DNA of 63,924 bases from a virus (taxonomy: Duplodnaviria > Caudoviricetes), in IMG/VR virus record IMGVR_UViG_3300031687_000009, positions 1-63,924 of that record. One strand, 5' to 3'. Shown here in pieces: positions 8,452 to 17,500 of this stretch; position 1 is the stretch's first letter; every line of letters starts with the position of its first letter. The position numbers were made by a program, and so were the translations under genes. The notes under the pieces were generated by a model. It ran no database searches, was not told the origin of the DNA, and saw nothing but the letters and a program-made list of their open reading frames with translations.

Positions 8452-10189
8452 TGAATGGAAGAAAGGGATTGATTACCCTTCCTGGGGAGATACGGAAGTC
8501 TACAAAAAGACTATAGCCGGTGGATATTTATTACCAGGAGAAACGCCTAAAGAGGCGTATCAAAGAGTTTGCAAGGCTGTTGCAAGAAGATTATATAAAC
8601 CAGAATTAAGTGATAAATTTTTTGATTACATATGGAAAGGATGGCTATGTTTAGCTTCTCCTGTTCTATCTAATACTGGTACTGATAGAGGCTTACCTAT
8701 TTCTTGTTTTGGAATTGACGTTGCCGACAGTATTGCTGATATAGGTCAGAAAAACCTAGAAATGATGTTACTAGCTAAACACGGCGGGGGAGTTGGTATC
8801 GGAATTAATATGATTCGTCCTGCCGGAGCTAAAATAACAGATAATGGAACTTCAGATGGCGTTGTCCCTTTTTGCAAAATCTACGACTCAACTATACTCG
8901 CAACCAACCAAGGTTCCGTTAGAAGAGGAGCTGCATCAGTTAACATTAATATTGAACACCCTGATTTCCTCGAATGGCTTAACATCAGAGAGCCTAAAGG
9001 GGATATCAACAGGCAATCTCTTAACTTACATCAGTGTGCTGTCATTGGCGATAAGTTTATGCGAAGCCTTGAAGCGGGAGATCAAGAAGCAAGGAATAAG
9101 TGGAGTAAACTCATCCAAAAGCGTAAAGCAACTGGCGAGCCATACATCCTTTTTAAAGGAAATACGAACAAAGCTAATCCGCAAGCTTACAAAACGAACG
9201 GATTAAAAGTTCACATGACTAACATATGTAGTGAAATTACACTGCATACTGATGAGTCACATAGTTTTGTTTGCTGCTTGTCTTCATTAAACTTAGGCAA
9301 GTATGATGAATGGAAGAATACTAATTTAGTATATGATGCTACTTGGTTTTTAGATGGTGTGATGGAAGAGTTTATACAACGCGCTAAGAATATGCGAGGT
9401 TTTGAAAATGCCATAAGATCAGCTACTAAAGGTAGAGCTATTGGTCTTGGTGTATTAGGATGGCATACGCTATTGCAAAAGAGTGGAATAGCATTTGAAG
9501 GTCTTTTAGCGCAGTTTAAGACGCGTGAAATATTTTCAAAGATTAAGATAGAAACTGAGAGAGCTTCTAGGGCACTTGCGGAGACGTATGGCGAGCCCTT
9601 ATGGTGTGTAGGTACTGGAATGCGAAATACGCATTTAAGGGCTGTAGCGCCAACCGTATCAAATAGTAAATTAGCAGGTAATTTGTCACCAGGTATAGAA
9701 CCTTGGGCTGCAAATATATTTACTGATCAGTCTGCTAAAGGAACTTTTATTAGAAAAAATCATGAACTTAAGAAAATACTTAAAAAGATTGGTATTGATA
9801 CTAAGGAAACTTGGGATCAAATTCTGGAAGATGGTGGATCCATTCAAGGAATTAAAAAACTCGATGGATGGTTTTACGATCACCTCGGAAGATTAACTGA
9901 AGTATCTGAAGAAAACGAACCAGTAAAGAATGTGTTTAAAACATTTAAAGAAATTAATCAACTAGAATTAGTTGGTCAAGCTGGTATACGTCAAGATTAC
10001 ATAGATCAATCAGTTAGCTTGAACCTAGCTTTTCCTGCAGAGGCAGAGCCTAGGTGGTTAAATAAAGTTCATTTCGAAGCTTGGAAGCGAGGAATAAAAA
10101 CTTTATATTATACAAGAACAGAATCTGTTCTAAGAGGAGATATAGCTGCAAGAGCTATGGATCCTGATTGTATTTCTTGCGACGGATAA
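8438..10189 (+). CDS. nrdA: Ribonucleotide reductase class I alpha subunit (no ATP cone)
   Basis: ASPVLSN, ISCF, GGGVG, NICSEI (thiyl Cys), APTVSNS, KTLYY and C-terminal CISCDG. Confidence 0.95.
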   Translation: MDWNNEWKKGIDYPSWGDTEVYKKTIAGGYLLPGETPKEAYQRVCKAVARRLYKPELSDKFFDYIWKGWLCLASPVLSNTGTDRGLPISCFGIDVADSIADIGQKNLEMMLLAKHGGGVGIGINMIRPAGAKITDNGTSDGVVPFCKIYDSTILATNQGSVRRGAASVNINIEHPDFLEWLNIREPKGDINRQSLNLHQCAVIGDKFMRSLEAGDQEARNKWSKLIQKRKATGEPYILFKGNTNKANPQAYKTNGLKVHMTNICSEITLHTDESHSFVCCLSSLNLGKYDEWKNTNLVYDATWFLDGVMEEFIQRAKNMRGFENAIRSATKGRAIGLGVLGWHTLLQKSGIAFEGLLAQFKTREIFSKIKIETERASRALAETYGEPLWCVGTGMRNTHLRAVAPTVSNSKLAGNLSPGIEPWAANIFTDQSAKGTFIRKNHELKKILKKIGIDTKETWDQILEDGGSIQGIKKLDGWFYDHLGRLTEVSEENEPVKNVFKTFKEINQLELVGQAGIRQDYIDQSVSLNLAFPAEAEPRWLNKVHFEAWKRGIKTLYYTRTESVLRGDIAARAMDPDCISCDG

Positions 10190-10206
10190 ATTAATTAAAA
10201 ATAATT

Positions 10207-10419
10207 ATGGCACAAAAATTTACATTCGCTGATGCGAAAAAAAGAATAAAAGAATTAGAAAATCAAGTTGAAGAAGCTGCTACAAAAGCAGGCAACATAA
10301 TACTTGATACATCTGATAATGTATTCACTAGTAAAGAACTAAATAAAATTAAGTTCTTAGAACTATGGTCAGTACTTGGCCCTATAATTGGTATAGTTAT
10401 AGGAGTTATTATAGGATAA
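10207..10419 (+). CDS. Small coiled-coil protein with a C-terminal TM anchor
   Basis: 70 aa ending in the hydrophobic WSVLGPIIGIVIGVIIG. Confidence 0.6.
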   Translation: MAQKFTFADAKKRIKELENQVEEAATKAGNIILDTSDNVFTSKELNKIKFLELWSVLGPIIGIVIGVIIG

Positions 10420-10421
10420 TT

Positions 10422-10462
10422 AAAAGGGGGAGCTTGCCGTAATGGTTTGCTCCCCTTTTTTT
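10422..10462. terminator. Bidirectional rho-independent terminator
   Basis: AAAAGGGGGAGC...GCTCCCCTTTTTTT hairpin flanked by A and T tracts, located where the + and - blocks converge. Confidence 0.85.
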
Positions 10463-10463
10463 A

Positions 10464-11549
10464 TTAACCTCCAAAATTGTTATTAGCTTTTCTTCTATAT
10501 TCATCTATTCTAGATGAAATACCTTGGCTATCTATCTCTCTCTGAAGATTTATGTCTTGAAGAGTTTTATTAGGATCTATATTAGGTTGAATATTATTAT
10601 CAATATAAGATTCTGATTGTCTGTATTTTGGAGAATCAAAAAAATTAGCACCACTTGCCATTCCAGTAATATTTGACATTCCATTACCTATAGTGTCAAC
10701 TGTAGCTAATTGTGGCACATCTTTAGACTGTACTCTATCTCTTTGTACTCTTCCGTCTGAAGTGTCTTTTAAAGAGGTTTCTACATCTTTTTTTGATTGA
10801 TCTTCAGATACATCTTGTTTATCCGGTACTTTATTGTTTGGTATAACTGGTGCTATAGGTATTTTGCTACCTGCTTTTTTACCAATTATTTGTTCATACT
10901 TGTCAGGTGTTTCTCTAGCCATACCTCTATCTCTGTAGCCTAAAGCAGCTGTTCCTTTATAAGGAGAAGAAGCATCAAAAGTACCGCCTTTACCATCGTC
11001 CATAGCTTGTATAGTTCCTGGTCCAGCAGCTCCTTTTGGATTTTTACGATAATAACGATCTTCTATTTTATTTAAGTTTTTATCTAGATTTTCATCACTT
11101 GATGTAAAAGCGGTTAAAGCTTGGTTTAAACGATTACGCCTGTTTTGCATAAATTCTCGCGCCTGCTCTGGACCTAATCCGCGTTTTATACCAAGTCTTG
11201 TACCTCTTTTAACTAATCTAGCTTCTTTTCTTTCTTTTCTTTTAGCAACTCTATTGGCTAGTCTTTCATTTCTAGGTGAAAGATTTCTACTGTTTGCACC
11301 AGCCTCTGTTGTTCCTTTATATTGAGAACCATCACCTGTAGTTTCAACAGTACCACTTCCTCCTTGTCTTAAATCTTTAGTAACAGTAATGTTATTACGT
11401 TCATTTTCAGTTAATAAACCACCAACATTTTTTTTACCTTTTATAGTTTTTGTAGATACTTTTTCTCCTAAAGGTCCAGTAGTTTCCATTGGAACTATTC
11501 CCCTTTCCTGAATTTGATTTACTCGTTTTACTTTATCTCTTTTAGCCAT
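10464..11549 (-). CDS. Hypothetical hydrophilic protein, probable virion cargo
   Basis: Last gene of the late block; charged and low in hydrophobic residues. Confidence 0.6.
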   Translation of the reverse strand: MAKRDKVKRVNQIQERGIVPMETTGPLGEKVSTKTIKGKKNVGGLLTENERNNITVTKDLRQGGSGTVETTGDGSQYKGTTEAGANSRNLSPRNERLANRVAKRKERKEARLVKRGTRLGIKRGLGPEQAREFMQNRRNRLNQALTAFTSSDENLDKNLNKIEDRYYRKNPKGAAGPGTIQAMDDGKGGTFDASSPYKGTAALGYRDRGMARETPDKYEQIIGKKAGSKIPIAPVIPNNKVPDKQDVSEDQSKKDVETSLKDTSDGRVQRDRVQSKDVPQLATVDTIGNGMSNITGMASGANFFDSPKYRQSESYIDNNIQPNIDPNKTLQDINLQREIDSQGISSRIDEYRRKANNNFGG

Positions 11550-11553
11550 TTTA

Positions 11554-14500
11554 TTATTTTATATTAGATCTTTCCGCATTATTTGCTGCAATTTCCCAAG
11601 GTAATTTAGTACCACCCTCTATATGCATTTTACCTTTATATTCAATTTTACCATTTACTCTAGGATATTTTTGTTTGTTATAATAAACAAAGTTATCGTC
11701 ATAATCTAATTTTCCTGATTTAATTTCTTTTTGATGATGTTTTTCATGTTTAATTACAGCTTTTTTCTGTTCAGGTGGTAAATTAGAATCAACTTCAATT
11801 GTACCATCTTTATTAGCTCTACCAGCTACTCCTTTTGGTAAAGATTTTTTTAATGGTCCAAGATCAAGATCTAGATCTAAATCTAGATCAAGACTAAGAT
11901 CTAATGCAAATTTCTTTTTTTGATTTAAACCTAATTCCCATTTACTCCAACCTAAAGCTAGAAATAATTTTTGCCAAGCTTCAGATTCTTCATTAGCCAT
12001 AGCAGATAAATTTTGAGCTTTTCTAATAACTCTATCTAAAGGAATACCACCAAATGAAGCAGCATTACCAACAATTTCCAAAGCCTTGTTGTCAGGAGAC
12101 AGTTTAAAAGGATCATTTTTAATTTCTTTTTCATTGTATTTATATATATTTCCTATTGCAACTATGTCTTTTAACTTAGTATTAAGAGGTGGTGATATAG
12201 CTGTAGCCTCTAAAGCTATTTTATATGGATTATCAATTTTACCATACTTTTCTTGTTGCTCATTAGCTTCTGCTATAACACTATATATAGCTCCAGCAAC
12301 TGCACCAGGATTACCTAGACTTTTAGCATAAGATGTTAAAGCTCTTTCAACAGATAAAATAGTTTTTTCATCCATTAATTTTTCTTTTTCATCTTCATCA
12401 TCTTCAAATGCTACTGCAAATAAAGCAGTTTGTAAAGCATTAAAAAGCATTGCTTGACCTACGGAATAATATAAAACACTCTGCAAGTCTTGTCTAACTT
12501 TATTACCTCCGCCTTCAGCTGCTGATCTTCCAGATACTACATCTTGTAGTTTTCTTTTTACAATACGAGCATATTGAAAAGGTGTATTTGCAAAAGCGTA
12601 TATAACCTTACCAATTGTACTTGATTGTATTTCAGATATTTTAGAAGGATCAGATGACTGTTGAGATTCTTCAGCTGTTTCAATCCATTTTTGCATTGCC
12701 GCTTTTTTAGCATCAGCTTCACTCATTCCACCTTCAATTAAAGTTTTTAAAGTGTTTCTATAAAAAGCTGCACCACCTAAAGCAATAGCAAAACTATCAG
12801 ACATTCTTGTTGGTAAAAATCCAAATTTAAGTATTTTGTTTAAACCTGTTACATCACCTTCAGACATTTCATCAGCTAATACATCAAACTTAGCACCTTC
12901 TCTTCTGTTTTTTAAATAATCACTGTTCCAAAGAGTATTAAAATCTTTTTTCCAGTCACTACTAAACATTGCACTTGTTGCTTGGAATATGTTATTATTA
13001 GCTTTACCTATAAAATTTAAAGAAGATAACAACTGTAAGACAGCAGATCTAGTGTTTACAAACATAGTAGTTGCTACAGCTCTATTTATCCAATTTAAAA
13101 ACGCATTTGACTGTGCATCCGTACTTACACGGTTTCTACCAGTCTTCATTCTTTGTAATGAATTTTGTAAAGCTTGTCTAAACTTTTTACCATACAAGTT
13201 TTCTATTTCTTGCATGTTATCTTTGTTAAATATATTATCTACATTTTCAGCAAAAGTTTCTAAATGTTTAGCTCTAGTTCCAGAATTAATAGAATCGTAT
13301 ATAGATTTGTTTATAGTAGTATCATTTCTCCATGTAGATTTATATTCTATAGGAAAGTTTTGTTCAATTTGATCAGCAAGAGCTTTTAACTCAGGATCAT
13401 TTTCAACTGCTGACACCAATGCATCTATGTAACTTTGTTTTTCTATATCAACTTCTACTCCGTTTTTAATCCAATTGTAAACTTTAATAGCTTGGCCCTT
13501 ACTGTAAGGTGTACCATCTACTACTTCTTTTAAATCAGATTTAAAACTTTTCATTATTTCAGCAAATTGCTTAGTCTTAGCTAATATTTCAGCTTCGGCA
13601 GCAGCAACACCTCTTGAATAAGGTTCTAATATAGTTGATTGAAAAAACTTTTTAGCTTTTAAGCCAGCTTCTCCACCAGGCAAGAAAGCATAAAGTAATC
13701 CTTTAATGTCTTCTGCATTTGGTGGTATAAACCATCTTGATGGTTTACCTAATCTACCAGTTATAGAGTTTAGTATTTTTCTAAAGTTTCTATTTAATCC
13801 TTCGCCTTGACCTTCAGCTTTTGCTTTTTCTTTTTCAATAGCTTTATTTTGAACTTCTTCTAGTTTTTTATCTAGTTCTTCAGAAGTTTTGTTTTGGTCT
13901 TCTTCAGTATAATTATCAGATTCTTTTAAAGCTTTTATTTTTTTAAGTCTAGCGGCTTCGTTTTGTGCTGCATTTTCTTTAGCTATTAATAAAGCTTTTT
14001 CTGATGGAGTTTTGCCTATTTGTACTTCACTTGTTGTTTTAGCAACAAAATCAGACCACTCTTCAAAAGTCATGATATTTTTAACTGTTGAATAAGATTT
14101 TTTAATAGCTTCTATTAAGTTTTTACTTTCTTTATAAAACTTTTCTAAAGCTTTCAAACCTTGATATTCTGGATTAATAGAAGATCTGTATTCAGGATCA
14201 ACATTTGATCTAGATTTTTTATACCATGTTTTACCTTCTGAATCTTTTAGTTTAGAGAAATTAGACAAAGGATCGCCTGAAACAACTTCTGAAACAGCAA
14301 GATCAATCATTTGATCTAAAGTTAAATCTCCAAAGTTTTTAGTAGTAGGATCAAAGCCTAGCATGTTAGCTAACTCTGTCATATACTTGCTTATGATATC
14401 TTTTATTTGAGCAAGAGTATTTTTGTTAGTTCCTAAAGCTTTAGCACCATAATCTTCTAATATTCTAGCAAATATTTCATTTTCTAATCCAAAAGTATCT

Positions 14501-17500
14501 CCATTGTTATAGTTTTCTATTAAACCAGCGTAAGCAGGATCATTTTTTATCTTATTAAAAACAACATCAAATAATCCAGTTTCTTTAACTCTAGATATTA
14601 TATTATTCCAAACTTCTGGAGCAGAATTAAAAATAACTTGATTCCATACATGACCAGATTCATGAATAGTAGTATTTAAAGCATCTTTTCCTGTTAAATC
14701 TACAAATATTTTACTAGTACCAAGTATTTGAAAACCTAAATTGTTTTTCATGGCATTATCAGCGTCATCGCCTACAACTTCTTCCTCAGCTAATACTTCT
14801 TTTATTCTAGCTTTATCAGTTACTATTTCAAAATCTTGATCACCATTTTTATTCCAATTAGCCTCTAATATAGCGGCTAGACCTTCAGCTGCTTGATCAC
14901 CTGTTTTTTCAGAATCTGCTTTTTCGTTGTATACTTTATCTTTTGCTTTTCCAATTATTCTTTCGGTAGGATCAGCTTTTTCAGTAACAACTTTTTGTTG
15001 TGCTTTTATTAAATCAGGATTAGAATTTATACCATCTAAACCTGCTCCAAAAAATTCAGCTACAGTTTGACCATTACTTAATACTATACTGTTTGCATCT
15101 ATACCACCATTAACATTGTTAACGTTTGCATTAAAATATCTAGCCCATATACTATCAGTCAACATCCATCCTTCTGGAGTTTTGCTTTTATATGAAAAAC
15201 GTCTACCATCTGGCCCGTTTCCAGCTAGTTTATCGTCATTAACATTTAACAAAGCCCCTTGAAAATAATTTTTTTCAATTAAATTAAAATTATCATTTAC
15301 TTTTCCATTTATAGCTTGTCTGAATAAAAATTTAGCTACAGCTGAAGCTGGAAGAGTGTGTTCTTCTGTAAACAAAGCTTTACCTTTAGGATTTTTAGAA
15401 TAATCAAACATTTTACCTTTAGAAGTAAATTTAACTGGAGAAGCTAATCTCATAAAATGACCTTGCCATCCTGAAGAAGACTTTAAAAGACCACCTATTA
15501 CAGCTTTTCTTTGTGCTTGAGTTGAAGGCTTATTATTATTTTCAGGATCTTTAGCAATAAAATCCTCAAATATATTAAAAATTTGTTTTAAAGCTTTTAA
15601 TTTATTTTCTTGTTGTTTTTTAAATTCAGGGTTTTTAAAGTCATTTTCTAATTTAATTTCTCTTCTTCCATTTACAATTTTATCATAACTAGTTGGTGTA
15701 AAAAGATCTTTATATAATTCAGATTCAGCAGCGAAAGGACCATTTTCAGCTATCCATGCGTCTGCATCAGGGGCTGATTTAAAAAACACATGACCTCTAC
15801 GCGTTCTAAGTAAAGAATTTTTAAACTTACCTTTTCCGTTTTTACCATATTCTGGAGGATAAGTAGAAACTTCTTCACCTTTATTGTTTATTTTTGTAAC
15901 AGCTTCAACTTCTCCTCCATTTTTAAGTTGATAAAAAACTATTCCTCCTCTCATTACTGATGAAGGATCTGTGGTTCCGTTGAATTGTCTAAAAAAGCTG
16001 GCTGGAAGTAATTTAGTTAATCCAGTTGATTTTAATAATTTTAAAAAAGTTTGTACTCTTTCTTCGTTATTTAAATTAAAATCTTCAATGCCTTCATTTT
16101 CTAATAGTTTTTTCCAATCTAATGAATTTTCAGCAAAATCTTCTTTTGTTTTTTCTAAACTTTTTTGAAATTGTTCAAATTTAAAAGCAGCTATAGTATT
16201 TTCAAAACTTTGGTTATTTAATTTGCTTTTAGCTATAATAATAGTTTTTTCTGAACTAACATCTTTATTTGCAGCTTTATTTATTTCACTAGCTTCAATT
16301 GGATTAGCTAACAAATATTCAGCTCTAACATCTTCTGCTATTTGAGTTGACACAGCTTCCGCTAAAGCGGCTTTTCTATCGCTAATAACTGATTTTCTGC
16401 TTTTTCTATCTAATGGTATATCTTTTCCTTCATAGTAATCTACAAACTCAGATCTAGTAGGAGCAAACATTGACCATTGTTTAGATATTCCAGTTCCTTT
16501 TTGTCCAGCTTTTTGAGCTAAAAAAGCAGTTGCTAAAGGTTTATAATTTCTATTTAAATAATTAGAAAAATCTTCTTTGGTTTTTGTGTTTTTGCCAAAT
16601 TCTGCTTTTATGTCTTTTACTAATTGGCCATCATATATGCTATCTATAGCTTGTTTAGAAAGAGCTTGCCTTTTCTTAGCGGTTAATTCTTTATTTTTCT
16701 GTAATTCATTTACGGCTTTTTGTAATCCAACTGGTATAATTTTTTTAGCTTTATCAATTATAGCCATCGGAAGCTTAAGTTGATCTGCTAAAAATTTAGA
16801 ACCAATTTTTACTTCAAAGTCATTTTCTTCTTCAACTAATAAATTAGCTGCTTCTGTAGAGTTAAAATCTACATTATTATCTTGAGATAGTACTTTGGTT
16901 GCAGCTCTTTCAACTCTTTTATTTAATTGCTGAGCTATATATGCTGCTATTGGAACACCAGATTCTGGTTTATAAGTTTCTACTAATCTAGCGACACCTT
17001 CAGGGCCATATCTTAATTCACTAGCTAAAGCATCAACATCACCATCATATCGTCTAAACTGAGGCACAGAGTTCAGCTTTTTTATAGCTACACTTCTTAT
17101 TGTACCTTCTTGGGTTTCAACAATGCTATTTAAAGCCTTAACGCCATTAGCATCGTATAGCGATTGAGCTTGTTCAGATAAAACAATACTGTCTTCAGCT
17201 ACTATGCCATCTATAGTTTGTACAGCTTGCTCTGCTTTAACTATTTTTGAATTTATTTCAGATTCTAAATCCGGGTCACCATTCACTATAGCTCTATCTA
17301 AATCATTATATAAATCTACAAGTCTTAAAGATTCATCTTCTCTAAATTGTTGAGTTTTAGATTTTGGTTGTATTCTTGTTTTAGATGCGTTACTTATAGT
17401 GCTTAATTCTTCTTGTTTAGTTGTAAATTGTTCTTCATACGTTTTAACAGCTGCATTTCTTTGCTCTGTGTTTATTACACCATCAGCTAGTTTTTTATCT

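Noticed and set aside
17030-17055. DGDVD (DxDxD) in the giant protein as an RNA polymerase catalytic motif
   Set aside because: It lacks the NADFDGD/DFDID context and lies inside a helical sigma-2-like segment, not a beta-barrel.
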